Shown here one piece after another: positions 14,831 to 29,010 of a stretch of DNA of 64,000 nucleotides. Location of the stretch: assembly GCA_028023455.1 (NCBI GenBank), contig JAQFVV010000007.1:10850001-10914000 (forward strand), in the 5' to 3' direction. Under the pieces are notes generated by a model. That model saw only the letters and a list, made by a program, of their open reading frames with translations, was not told the DNA's origin and searched no databases. The stretch comes from Epiperipatus broadwayi (taxonomy: Eukaryota > Animalia > Onychophora). Position 1 is the first letter of the stretch. Each line of letters begins with the position of its first letter. A program made the translations under genes and the position numbers.

Positions 14831-15989
14831 ATTCTACATATATTTTGACACATACATAGTAGCAAAACAATAAAGAATTTTAAGTTAAAAATATTAAATT
14901 GCAATTTTTATTAGATAAGAAGCCTTAAAAATTGATAAAAGGTAGAAGTAAAATGTTTCAAATATAATTGGCCCTGCATTGTAGTTCTTAGTGCATTTAT
15001 ATAGTTAAGTGTTTTATTTTCCATGTTTTAGTTTTTACATGTAAGACTGAACTATCAAATTCAATTATCAATGAATCATTCAGTTTTAAATTACAAAGAA
15101 TGCCACTAGACACTACTAGCGTCACTGTTATATATAAAATTCCATATTCAAAATTGTCATTACTTTTTTGCTAAAATTGTTTGCAAACTCTAACAAAATT
15201 ATTATCCAGCAGAAATATAAATGTATGCAAATTTTTAACAATAGCAAGTGGATAAAAATTGAGTAACAAGATTTGATTCAGACATAAAGATAAAAAAAAC
15301 AAAAAACAAAATAAGCTAAATAAATTAAAGCATATAATAATTTGGTATTAATAAGTACTGAACAAATGATAATGTGAGAGATTGTGGCATGAACCAACTA
15401 AAGAGTACTGGTTCCATAGTAAAATTTATGTCAGAGATTTTTAATATTTTTGTGAATATTTATATGTATTAAAAATGTGTGATGTAAAACCACTGAAATA
15501 TCATATAATAATAATAATAATCAATGACTGACTGGATAATGTGCATTCCTTTGGGATTGATTATGTTTTGCCTCCCTCCTCAAGCATATCCCTCAGACCC
15601 TGGACATTATGACCTTGGAATTCATGCTGAAGGGTCTGATTTACCTATGTAATTCTGTGTTTTTTTCATGAACAAAACTTTGGTGTTACCTTTATATATC
15701 TCAAGTCATGCAAGCTTAGTCACCAATCTCCATGATATCAAATTCTGGGACCTTTCATTGGCTCCTATGAATCTATAGTCCTTTCAGATTGCACAGCACA
15801 GGACATTACATTATTGAACTTTTCCTTTTCTTAAATACCATTTAATGTATTCCATCAATAATTTGATCATAAGAGTTGTAGCCAAATTTCAGAATAAAAT
15901 TTTCTATATTATATAAAAAAAAAATCACATAATAGCCATTTATTATGCTTATACTAGTTGTTAAAACAAGCCTTCTAGCATTTATTGAT

Positions 15990-16452
15990 AACTATGGCTT
16001 GTACTGATGGTACCACTGTTTGTAGACAGATGCTACTGTTTTAACACCTTGTATATGCATAAAACATGGTAATGAAGTGATATTTTAATGATTTGATACC
16101 CAATCCTGATCAAAAGATGATGGTGATTATGGTTATTAAAAACCAAAAACCACCCAAATGTATAGATACAGAACTCGATTCAGAACTGTATGACTATATA
16201 GGCAAATGTGCTTGGAATAAAAACAATATGATTTTATTTTAGTCACAAATCTTTGTAGTTAATAATAAAGATAAAACATGACTGCTGGAGGGGTTGCCTT
16301 AAATCCAACTATCTAGATGCAATGCTTTCAGATATAAGTCTCTCACTGATGAAGATCATAAGCTAGAAATTAGTCTGAGGATATTGAATGAGTAGGCACT
16401 AAATAGAAATTTTGATGCACCCACTTTCTAGCATCCTTTGATTACCAAGGCA
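15990..16452 (+). mobile_element. Family D full monomer with HHR at 16341-16380
   Basis: TCTCA-CTGATGA-AGATCATAAGCTA-GAAA-TTAGT-C-TGAGG; body collinear with 60492-60994. Confidence 0.8.
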
Positions 16453-16529
16453 AATTGATAATGTATGGCATAGTAGAAATTTTAAGTAAAAAGGTAATAC
16501 AAACAGAAAAATAGAGATGAAACTAAATT

Positions 16530-16850
16530 ATTTCAGTGTTGACTTAGAAATACATATACCAATCTTTAACTGAAGTTTAAAGTTTATATCTGCCTTAGCA
16601 GCATTAATATGTAGCCCGATAATCATCAATGTGTTTATCAGAAGTTGATAGCGTCAAAGTTGTGACCTCAAAAAGATTGATACTTATAAATCAAACTACA
16701 ATAATTTGATAATAATAAATAATGAGCAAATGGTCATCAAACTATATTTAAGCGATTGTGGTTCGGAGTAATTGAAGAGTACTTGTTAAATGTGAAATGC
16801 ATCTTGGGAATCACTTATATGCTTGATATGTTTTTATTTATATGTTTCTA
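16530..16850 (+). mobile_element. Family A diverged copy (further fragments at ~10700-10830, 44800-45010 and 45200-45370)
   Basis: Shared motifs TTAACTGAAGTTTAAAGTTTATATCTG, GTCAAAGTTGTGA and GAAATGCATCTTGGGAATCA. Confidence 0.65.
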
Positions 16851-18719
16851 AAATAGGTAGGTAAGTAAACGTTTGAAATATAAAGAAAAGAAAATATTCA
16901 CTATTACAAAGGATTGAACTACAAACAAAACAGTGCATTTAATGGTTTTGATCAGATTATATTTTTAGAGTTCATTGAGAGAAATGTATATGTAAGCTAT
17001 GGATATGCTATGAATGTTGTCATAATCCTCAATAAAAACAATAATTGAAAAAAAAGGAAAGGTATTGAATTGTTTGCAGAAATATATTTCTATAATAATC
17101 ATTAAATAGTCAAATGGTCAGTTGTTCTGGATGTCAATTCATATTTAAAAGATGATCACACCCTCAGTAAGCCAAACATTAAAATAAATGGTATTAGGTG
17201 TTTTTAAAAAGGTACATCCAATAATAATAATAATAATCAAAAACTTAAATAGTTAGTTGCTCTAGAGGTCATTTGATATTTGAAAGCATGAATTGATAGT
17301 TTGAGTTTCAATTGTAGGGTTTTTTTAATCTCTTAGTTTTCTCACATTGCTACAGTGCTAAATTGAACCAGACATTAATGTGATTACCTAAGATTAAGAA
17401 ATAAGCCCATAATTATTTACAATTTTTTTGGCCACTACTTAAATCTATAAAATGACTAATACATCAATCTTTAATTTGAGATTATTTTTTTCTTCGTGTG
17501 CAGTTTAATTATGTTTTTCCAAGACAGGTAGCAGTTTTGACTGAACTATTTTTTTTACAAATAGTTTCAATCAGGGTTAAATTCTAAAGCATTAAAAGAT
17601 ATTATTAACGATAGAACACTATTATTTTGTAAATGTCCCATTATACTAAGACTAAAAAGAAGTAATTACACATGCCTGGAGTTACTTTCATTGTATTTAG
17701 AGGCAACTTTTATTAATTTATGCCAGGAAATCCCCACACAGCCAAAAAGTGGCAGTTTTTATTTTTAATCCCAGCATCAATACAACATTGCTTTTATTAA
17801 CAGTTTTTTAATAACATTTAAACTCACTATACTTGAGTTTTGATTGAAAACATTTATGCCTTGGGAACTTTCCGTCAATCTTATGATGAGTACAAATATT
17901 ATGACTGAGGGTACTAAATTTCTTATTTTTTTGCTATCAGTAGGATAAAGAAAGTAGTGAGCAGAAAGAAGCCCTGTTATTCTTAGCTGAGAAAATATTG
18001 TCTTTTGGATTTTTTATTTTATAATCTTTCTAAAAGAAGCAATAATTAATTTTATAAATAAGTTAATTTTACTAGTAGAAAAGTATGGCTCCTGATAAGT
18101 TTGGGTATCAATCTGGAATTAATTTGTATATATCTTTGGAGAATATCAAGAACAGCAAAAAAAATGAACTAGTGTAAAAAAATAACCATAAAGATTCTAA
18201 ATTTTCACTTAAAGAATATAGGGCTAGTTCGAAGTCTTATATTGCTGATATGAAGTTCTATTTTTTTAAAAAAGAGTGTACTTTTGTCACAATAATTGGA
18301 AAGTTTCTCAACAAAAAGAGGATCATTAGAGAGATAGCTCGACCATACAATAATGAATGTGTTACTAAGTAGCCTATAAAAGCCAAGCAGATAATAGATC
18401 ATTCTGGAGACATGCTCATCATTGGGTGTTGATATTGTAACTCCTAGTAATAATAATATTGACTATAAAAACGGCTAATATTTATTAAAATAACATATGT
18501 CAAGGTAAATGTATTTGCTTATTGTTTAGATTATTTATCATACTGAATGCTAATTTTGATTTATATTTGTTTATAGTATTTTTATGTATAAGGACCCATA
18601 GTTTTTAAAACCTAATTGCTCTTCTATATAATCTGATCAATAGGAAACTGATTAAATTTTGATTATTGTATGAATTGTTTTCCTAAACTCATATCACTAT
18701 TAATATAATAAAAGGGTTT

Positions 18720-19350
18720 AATAATCAAGATTCATAACAAGTTCAAACATTGGAAGTGGAGAATATAGGTGTGATTCATGGATCTTGATTGCCATTTTCC
18801 CAATGCACCAAATAAGACAGAGCACAATAATTAAATGGTTTATTATTCAAGAGTATATAAGTTCACGCATAGGAAATGACAGAGAAAAACTGTGATTCAT
18901 GGACTTTGATCTCCAAAGACTGTAATTTTATTACTCAAACCTTCATGGTAACATGAATGATAATAATCAAATGATTAATTGTTCAGGAGTTCATAAGAAG
19001 TTCAGAACAGGAAGTATTTGAGTAAAACTGTGGTAAATGGAGCTTGAACTCCACACTTCCACTGTACCATATTTACATAGTTCATAGTAATAAAGTGATT
19101 TATTACTCAGAGTTGCATAAAAAGATCAAGCACTGAAATTGGTACAATGATCCATGGACTTTCAAAGTTTCAGAATTCACTACCCTTCCACTGCCCTAAA
19201 CCATACAGGTAACATAAATAATAATAATAATCAAATGATTTATTAATCAGGAGTTCAAAAGAAATTCAAGCAATAGAAGAGGTAGAATGAAGTTGTGATC
19301 CATGTACTTTAGATTCCAGAGTCCATTATTCTATCACTGCACTAAATCCT
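18720..19350 (-). repeat. Head-to-tail chain of ~5 diverged tRNA-SINE-like units (family H)
   Basis: Recurrent AATCAAATGATT..CAGGAGTTCATAAGAAGTTCAAG..GTGATCCATGGACTTT..CCACTGCACTAAA every ~110-140 bp. Confidence 0.75.
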
Positions 19351-22307
19351 GTAGAGTTTAAACCTTGATTTAGATCTTACAGAATTAGATGAAATATTTT
19401 CAGAATTTTTAGGTAATTTTAATTTTATTCTAGCATATTTTTTGTTATTAACGTACAATTATTTCAAAACTTATAATTAACAAAATTAGTTCGAATTAAA
19501 AATCAAATAATAATATAACGTTTGTCTTTGATAAGGTTGCCTTGCACCAAAAATGCATTTAGGTTATATTCAATGTTGATCGTATTTATCTCCATTTAAG
19601 AAGCAGTAATACAAACTGCTTACAAATCAATCATACAAATCCATACATACATGATGTTTATTTCTGTAATCATATTAGTTATCTAAAATAATTTTAAGTT
19701 TAATTTTTTTTTTTTACAATTTATAAAATTCATAACTGTTTAAGAATTTATTTAAGAAAATAAAATATTACTTCGTTCAAATCGATAAACTTCCAGTTTG
19801 TTGAAATTCTAAGAAAAAAGTTTTCTTTTTTTTTTTATAACAAAAATATATAAGAGGAAAGATCAATTTTGGACTTGTATTTTTAGAATTCTTGTTACCA
19901 TAAATTAATAATGGATTTGGTTTTTTAAAAAATTTCCAATAGTTTCTATATGTGTTTTTAGCTTATATCTATATATTCAATTTCATTGGTTGGTTATAAA
20001 ACAGGGATAGGCCTGAAAATAGATTTTGACTATTTGTCAAAAGTTAGAAATAATGTTTTGTTAAATAACTAAATAGAAGGACAATCAAATATGTAAAAAT
20101 TTATATAGCGTTTATATCATAAAGAATGTAAATGTTTCTATATTGTAAATAAAGAGCCAAAAATGATACAAATAACAATATTATATTAAACTTGTCTATT
20201 TTATATACCTATTTCGTCTGACTTAATAATAGAATAGTGAAACTAAAATTCCATAAAAAGAAATCGAATATGAATATCACATGACCTTGTGAAGGATTAA
20301 ACATTTGATTTTTTTTTTAATATTCTGTATATATATGTTGACAAAATTATATTTGTTTAAAAATTAATATCGGTTGTATTACATTTATATAACCCTCTGT
20401 AACTAAACACTTAAGTCGCATTGGGTTTATCTTTCAAGAACATACTTACCATAAGCCATGGTGCAAATTAAAAAAATGGTTTAACAAACGAAAAAAATAT
20501 ATATAACCTATTTACACACAGCATAAGACAAATAAGAATTGAGAGAGTTATTAAATTGCAAAATATATTTTTTGAAAATTCATTTTATCAAGACTTGGTT
20601 TTTATCAGACCAAATATCTAGAACTCTTCAGAAATGGAGATCTATTTTTATATATTAATATAAATCACTTTAAGTTTCACACTTAAAAAAATAAACACAG
20701 TTTTAAAATTAATGATATAATTTACAATTATCTAAATATCTTTACTAATAGAAAAAGGTTTATTTCTTGGGAATTCATAATAATTTTGAGCTCTGTGAAT
20801 ATCAGAGCTAGGCCATGATTCATGGACTTTGATCCTGGATTCTATCACTTTAGCACTATGCCAAATTGTGCACTTTGACTCTAGAGGCTACCACTTTATT
20901 AATGTGTCAAATTGTGCAGGATAGTACTTTACAGAATTGGCTGCACAAAATATCAGCAAAAAATCTTACTTTTGCCCTTTGCTATACTTATCTGTAACTG
21001 TAGTAAAAAAAATGAAAATGTAGCTATTATTTCAGATAAAAGACTCATTTGACAACACAAAAACTATATGTCATACGTTTTTTATCATTTAAAAATAAAA
21101 TAAATTATTTAATAAATGAAGTACTATTTTCTTATTTAAAGTGTTGTTATTATCATTAAAAGCAGTTTTATATGTAAATTTATTTGTAGTCATAGATTTG
21201 TCATGAGAACCATTCAATTTGGATTAGATTGCACAATGTTTCGAGGGGGCTTAACAATTAAATCTACACATTTAGGGCCTTAAATATGGAAATTTTAGGG
21301 GTAACACTCTAACCAACTGAATTCATTTGGTTAGAGCATTGCCATAAAATTTGATATTCAAGAATCTAAAGGTGTAAGTTAGACTCTTTTTATTTATTGA
21401 AGATTGGTATATAGCTATTTTGAAGACATTATTTTGAGTACAAGACACATGACACATTTTCCTGTTAAATATATCCAGCAATATTTTACATTTGTCTAAT
21501 TGAAATTCCTTCTTTCCTTAAAAAGGTTACAATGGAATTTATTATGCAATTAGTTGTTGTATGAATAACATTTTATTTTACTAAATTTGTGACAAATGTA
21601 TAATTTTGTTGCAAAAATTATTACATCAATGAAACAATCCAGTTCAATTGCAACATTAGATATTTATGATTGTTGATTGTTTAGCAATGAATAGAAAAAC
21701 AGAGTTCCACTTTAAACTAATTTGTCATAAATATATGCAGAAAACATTTATTTAAATAGCAACAAGTAAATGTATAATTTAAATTCACCAAGACATTATT
21801 CTTTTCAAATTAAAAGGACTAAAGACAGAAAAAAACAATTATTCATTTTAACCCTTTAAACATACCTGCACAATAATTTAACATAAAGTAGAAAATATTC
21901 AATATATTACACTACCATGTTAACACTAAGTATATTTTCTGTGGGCCAAACCCTATAGGTTTAACAAGGCTGGTAGACTTTAGTGGTGGTATTAGGCAGT
22001 ATATGTTCATGTGACCCATAATTTCGAGCTCACAGAGAATTTTAATTTGAAAATAAATATATAAATGTCCTGACTGATTTAGTACTACAATAAAAGAGGT
22101 TTAAAATTAAAGGTTCTATGATTTTTTTCTATTGAGTAATATATAACAACAACAATAATAATAATAATAGTAGTAGTAGCAGTAGCAGCAGCAGCAGTAG
22201 TGTGTTCAATATCAATAATAATAAATGTGTTCAAATGGAAATAAATGGAATTCTTAAAATCTCTTAAATTCTAGATTTGATATTTCTAGATGTAAGTAAA
22301 ATCTTAA

Positions 22308-22475
22308 AGCAGATTCAAGACAAGCTATGGTTGTTGGGTTCATCTGCTTCATAAATGGAATTTATCAATCATGATATTTGTAAATGTGGACAAATACAAA
22401 CTATGAACCACAGAGTTAATGATTGTATAATTTCTGGCTATACTGACAGAATTGAAGAACTAAATAAAGTTATTT
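22308..22475 (+). mobile_element. Non-LTR retrotransposon ORF2 C-terminal CCHC remnant
   Basis: SRFKTSYGCWVHLLHKWNL, frameshift, then DICKCGQIQTMNHRVNDC; matches the RxRTGHG..LHKW..CxCG..QTMxH...C pattern. Confidence 0.7.
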
Positions 22476-24278
22476 CCTAGTTGAAGTCTCTCCATATCAT
22501 TATATTTTGTTAATAGTTAAGTTGCCTAAATCTAAAAAAATACGATAGTTTAAAGTTACATAAGCTCACAAGAAAACAACATATATGTCATTTTTTGATA
22601 CATAAATATACATTATGATGCTACAAACTATATCAAAATGTTTCAAACTGCAAGACCTAATCTACATCTGCATGCACTATGCAACAAACAATTTGTTATA
22701 GTAGAATCACATCATGAATTGCACATCATGGTTTTAAATATCATGCATGAAAAGCATAATAAACTTATAAAGACTAAAAGCTCAGAATATAACAGCAATC
22801 CAATAAAAATAAATCTTCAAAAATTATCAAATATTTGTAGTGATTTACATTAATAGGAAAGAGACTTCATATACTTAATGTGAACCCTTTAAACGTTTGA
22901 ATATAGAATAGTGAAGGAAAATTTATCATATAAGAGAAATAATAACTTATAAGAATTGACATTTATATCAAAAATATATCTTGAATACTGAAAAAATAAA
23001 AAAGAAGATAGAATCATTAATAACACATTCTTAAATAAATAAGAAAAAACGTATTTCATGTTTGATTTTGTAAATCAAAATTGTCAATAAAATGAATTCA
23101 ATTAAAAGCATTAAAATTGTACAATGGTTGTTTGATACAGAAAGTAGCTAACAAACATTAGAATACTAATGTGTGAAGAAATTAACTTGAAAACTAACAG
23201 TCAGTCTGAAAGTGATGTTCAAACACCATCTAAAATCTTGAGCAATCACCCATTTGATTTTTAAAGTTTTTTTTTTCTCTGTGTATCTGATGAAATCATG
23301 TAACTCAATTTTTGCCTATTTACTAATTTCCACTCTAGTTGAACTTTCCATACAGATGTATTCTTGGTGTTATGACACTTTTTTTAGAGAGTTTGCAAAC
23401 AATATTCACACAAAATTAGCACAAAAAGTAAAAGTTTAATTTTTTATGGAGTTTAGTACCTTTTATGGTATTGTCTCTAAACTTAATTTCTGGAATTATA
23501 CAAAACTAAACCATAGAAAAAAAATATAATAACAAAGAAATCATTTTATTTATATAAATGCATGAAAAAGTAAAAAAAAATGTAGCAAAAAATAAAAAAA
23601 AAAAATCTTAATTTTTCACAGTAGATTTGATGATTAGAACAACTCAAAATAAAAATTCAGTAGACTATTTATAAACATAATTGAGATATGCCCATATTCA
23701 AAAATAGTAAACACAAGTACCATATGCTTCAATTTTTATTGAACGTGCATTTTAATGACATTTTAATACATTTATATATGGCAAAATAAATTTATTCTTT
23801 TTTAAATATCAGAAATATCAAAGGTGATATCATTTTTAAAATTAGAAAATTTTATGACAACTATGGGTAAATGGAATCATTGGGGAGGGGGTGTTGTCTC
23901 TTTGATTTAAATGCTGTTGTGTGAATATGCTTAATATATAAAAATACATAGGTTGATATTGATATTATTATATGTTTTATAAATGACAATAGATTTTTTT
24001 TTTAAAAAAAGAAGAATGCTTTGTTGAGCAATATATTAATATACCAAAATTGACATCATTTAAACTATGTTGGCATGAAAGATACACAAGTTTGGTAACC
24101 AAATTTTAAAATTTAAGAACAAGGCCAAATATTTTTGGATCATTTATTATTATTTAGTTTATGTATTTTCTTTAGGTAGTTTAACTATTAACAAAACAAT
24201 ACAAAGAAATCTGTAGATTCCAACCAGAAAATAGATTCATTAGTAGTTTTATTAGGTTTTTAATTCTTCACTATAGCC

Positions 24279-26281
24279 CAGGGATGGAGAATCTTTTTTC
24301 TACCAAGGACCATTTGGATATATATAATATCACTTGCAGGTCATACAAAATTATTGACATGAAAAATTAGCTTGTTATATTTGATCAAAAATTTAATTAA
24401 TTTACCTCTAATCATTAACCATGGAACAAATCCATCCAGTGTTACACATTTTTAAAATTATTGACTGCCTGTTAAAATTTTTAGCAAGTTCTCTTTTTAA
24501 GCACAGGTATTTTTCTATATATATTTTAATGAAAATTTTTATAGATGGCCAGAAAATGTAAATTTTGGTAAGATAAGAAGGCTTCCGCTCCATCTTGATA
24601 ATGGTTTCTTTTGTATTTCTGACAGCACTAATTTTTATGACATTATTTGGAGAAAATAGTGTAAATAACCAAAAATATAATTATTTACAGATTTATTGCC
24701 ATTCAAGATAATTTTTGTACCATAATTTTGTTTTAATTATTACAAATCAAGTTCATTAATTATTAATAATTTATTTTGAATGGAAATATTTTATTATTAA
24801 AAACAGAATGTTATATTTTTGGGCAATGTAAATTTATTCTGCAGGTATTTACAAGCTTAGATATTATGTAATCAGTACAATTAGTAACAGTGAGTGTGAA
24901 AATATTGTAATATTGCCAAAAATATTTAAAAAATTTAAACTTTTAAAGCATAATTAGTTAGACTTAAGAGGAACAAATATTTATTTATTCACATTTTAAA
25001 AACAAATGCCATATAAGGAAGATTTTGTTGATTTTTAAAATTGAAAATAATCTTCTGAGCAGTGATGACATATGAGATCTTTTATTTTGATTATGATCTC
25101 ATTTTTAAATATTTTCAGAAATAAAATGTGAATATTTAGAATTTATTTTTTGTAAACAAGAATATCAAATGAAGTTAAATTTACTATTTTCTGATAAGTA
25201 ATAATGGTTTAATCATAAACTTAATGTTGAGTGTTTACAACAACTAAGAACAAAAAAAATGACAATTTGTGAGAGGATTAAAGATGGGCAACCATTTCAA
25301 ATGAACAGTGAATTTCAATCATTTCTTTTTAAATGAGGGTTATACTTTTTGATCCATTAAAAATAAAGTGACATCATTAATACTAATGAGTGATCCATGT
25401 TTAATGATAATTTTTCCATTTCACTTTGCATCAATCTTCATGACATATTTACATTTTCAAATTTTTTTTATGTTTTGTAAATATTAATTTTACAGCAGCT
25501 AGGATACATGTTTTTATAAACTTCCCTTTAAAAATAGTTTTAAATTTTCTGCTTTTTGAAATAACAGTTTTCACAGCATTTACTGACTTGTTTGTACTTT
25601 TTATAAAATTCTATGATTATTTTATGAATCTCTTTTCTTTTATTTTAATATTTCTTTTTTTTCCAATAATTTTGTTGTAATCAGAATGTTTTGATAAATA
25701 CCGCCTCTTAATAATGTGTTTTTTTATTAACTAAAATGCTTTCCAGACATATCAGATACATTAATTTACTATTTCTTTCTATAAAAAATATGTGTTGTTT
25801 CATTTTTTTTAAAATGCATGACTTTCTATATCACTTTTACTTATCTTATTCAGTGTAGCTATCCTAATAAAAAAATTAAATGAATATGAATAATAATATA
25901 AAGTAAAATTTGAATTTTGTTTTTGCTACTTATAAATTCATCTGCAAAAAGACACTATAAAAACAACAAAATGCCCTCAATATTGTAGATTAAATTTGTT
26001 GTCAGATTAATAACATAATATAGATAATTTGTTGGAATATTGTACCTCTGAGAGGCTGAAGTAGAACTAATAAAACTTGAAGAGAGAAAATAATGTTTAA
26101 TTGAGAAAATAAATATTTTACTTTACTTAACTTTTAATTGAATATTTGCACTATGTGTGTGGTTATAGATAGAAATTTTATATAGATCCATTTTATATAT
26201 GTTTTTGAAAATGTCAATGGGCAGGATTGAGAGTTTTTGAGGTTCAGAGTTGACTTTCAAGCCAGAGGTTCCCCAACCCTA
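24279..26281 (-). mobile_element. hAT (Charlie-like) DNA transposon with decayed transposase
   Basis: Imperfect TIRs CAGGGATGGAGAATCT / AGGTTCCCCAACCCTA. 8-bp TSD CTATAGCC (24271-24278) vs TCATAGCC (26282-26289). Minus-strand remnants FFIERNSKLMYLICLESILVNKK and GKFIKTCILAAV...FENVNMS. Confidence 0.85.
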
Positions 26282-27319
26282 TCATAGCCATACATTTGAC
26301 ATCCATTAACAATGTACATCATGGTTTATAACTGTTTGCACTGACATATATTTTTGTCAGTTAAATTCCACTTATTATGCAAATAAGGATGATCACCATG
26401 GATTATCTTAAATTTACTGAAAAATCTAGAGTTTTATTTAGATAGATTAGTACATATTTTTGTTGTTAATGTGGCACATTTTAAAAATACAATTTATTAC
26501 AATCTTTTTTTTTGTCTTTAAAAGCATGAAACGCTTTTACTGTAATTTTTTTAAGATCACATTTTATACATAATATATTAAGACTACTAATCTTAATGCT
26601 GATTTTAAGAGTTAAAGATATCTTTTGAGCTAGTAACTTTAATACTATACTAGTGCTAAAAGATATAAAAATACAGATTAGATGGAAAGTATTTAATGTT
26701 TTCAATTTTTGTCTTTGATATTAATATAAAATCAATATTAAAAATTCCAGATTAAATTAAAATATTTAAAAATATTTTTTGTAAATTTATTATGTACTAA
26801 AGTTTTTATTTTTTACATTTAATTTACCATAATAAATTATTTATAGATTGTATATATTACAGCTTTTAAAAAGTCTATTATGCACCTATAAAAAGAGCTA
26901 TGATTTTGGTGAGTTTGACTGAAAATGTACTCAGCTTTGGGTTAAAAGGAAGAAAAAATCACTTTGTTATGCAAATGAACAAACATATGCAAATTTGAAT
27001 TATAAATACAAATGAAGGGGAAAACCATTATTTTATATATATGTTTAAAATGTCTGAACTTTTCTATGCATGGGTAATATTTGTTGTTACTATATATTCA
27101 GTATATAATTATCAGTATATTTGTATATATATATAAATTAAAAATCTATGTTATACATAGTTCAATAATATACATGAAGGAGAAATATTAAAACCAAATG
27201 CCATGAATACAACAATCTTCCTGCTTGAAAATATAATTAATAGAAATATCAGAATAAAATTCATAATTTCTATATTTCAAAATTGAAATATATACTATAA
27301 TACTGAATTATTTTATTGA

Positions 27320-27700
27320 ATATTAGCATTAAGAAAATAATTTGTTTCTTTTACAAAGTGTTCCATCATCAGATTTTCAATGAAATGGGTGGCTGAAGAG
27401 TTGTGGGGTAGAGTGTTTTGAAACCTGTCCATTAAACTATGAAGATTGGCTATCTTAATATAAGCTGAGATTTGATTGTATATATCTGTGAGATGATAAT
27501 CTGGATAAACTGACATGTTCTGTTTTGGTATGAAGTATGTGTATTGGTGATTATTGATCTTTTCAACATGTGTGTAATCAAGTGTATCAGTTGTATGAGA
27601 TATCATGGATGGTTGAGGGTTATGTGAATGTCTGAGTTCAAATCCCCTATAATTAAAAATCAAAGTAGTAAAAAAAAATTCTCATCTTGAAATAAATACT
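27320..27700 (-). mobile_element. LINE apurinic-endonuclease remnant (CR1/L2-like)
   Basis: IIGDLNSDI in one frame, then PSMISHTTDTLDY and PDYHL in the tracked ORF; these resemble the GDFN, PTR..TLID and SDH motifs. Confidence 0.55.
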
Positions 27701-28374
27701 TCTTTGAAATATATAAAAAAAACATTATGCCAAGAAAAATAATATTATTAATACTATAACTACTAATAAAATGTGATGTATGGACCAAATTATATGATAA
27801 AAATATTTTGTAATAAGATGATAAAGTTTTGCAAATGTCAATTGTCAAATTATTTTTATTAGCCAAAAATACAATTTAAATGTTAATATCAATGAATCTA
27901 CTATGATGTTCTTATAGAAAATTTTATATGATCTAGTAGTTGCAGCTAGTAATATAAATATTAAAAATCAAGAAATGAAAATATTGTTAAGTTAATCAGT
28001 TGATCAATCAATATGGTGCTGTACTATGAAATTGTCCAAAGAGCAGTCATACAACCAACTCATTCATTTCTCCATTCTGTTCTTTTCATTGCCCATATCT
28101 TCAATTTAACATACCTTTTCCCATCTCTCATTCCATCCCAAATATCTAAAAAAGCCTATTCATAACACTTGATTCAAAGAGTCAACATATGGAATTGAAA
28201 GAAAAAACAATCAAGGATTATTATACATTATTCATGATATTCAACATTTACAAAAGCATTGTTGATGCAGAATATTATAATCAGACATTATGGTTGATCA
28301 TCATTGGTATAAGTTTGCAATTTATTGTCACCATTTTAACACTATTTATCCACACATCTTAAAACTACGAAGGT

Positions 28375-28797
28375 AGATTAATAATAATCAAAGGTTTTAG
28401 GTTTGAGAATTTATGAGAAATTCAAGCACTGAAATTGACAGAGGAAACCATGATCTATGGACTTTGGGTTTCTAGAGCCAGTCATTCTACTACTATACTA
28501 AACAATACAGGGCACAAATTAATCAAATTGATTATTGCTCAGGAGTTCCTAAGAAAACTTTAGCTCAGAAAATAATAGATCTGGCCCATTATCCATGGAC
28601 TTTGGATCCAGTCTATACCATTTTATCATTGTACCAAATCATGCAACTATACATTAATTAAATAATCAAATGGCTTTACTGCACCAGAGCCCCAGAGTTC
28701 ATAAGAAGTTCAAGAACCAGTAGTGGTGGAACTGGAATTGGTCCAAAGATCTTACAGTCCAGAGTCTGACATCTTACCACTGCACTAAACCACACAA
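28375..28797 (-). repeat. Chain of 3 family H units (singles at ~20770-20920, ~61085-61170 and possibly ~9215-9290)
   Basis: Same motifs; minus-strand head GTTTAGTGCAGTGGTAAGATGTCAGACTCTGGA is A-box and tRNA-like. Confidence 0.75.
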
Positions 28798-28849
28798 GGG
28801 AATCATATATTCATAAATGTAACATAATAAAAAAACAAAAATATCTTAT

Positions 28850-29010
28850 ATAACAACTATATAAATACATATTAAAAGTATACCCAAAAAACCTCTTTTA
28901 GCACTTGGTTTTATGCCCTTATCAAATGTTAAACATTTATTTTATAAAACCATATGCCAAAAAAAGGCTTTTTAGGTATAATTATTAGTATATATTTATA
29001 TAGCTGTTAT
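28850..29010. repeat. Imperfect foldback element or MITE with ~65-bp arms
   Basis: ATAACAACTATATAAATACATATT... pairs with ...TAGTATATATTTATATAGCTGTTAT. Confidence 0.65.

Noticed and set aside
18205-18440. Hydrophobic ORF faintly like an ionotropic receptor TM segment
   Set aside because: Similarity is too weak and no flanking domains are present.
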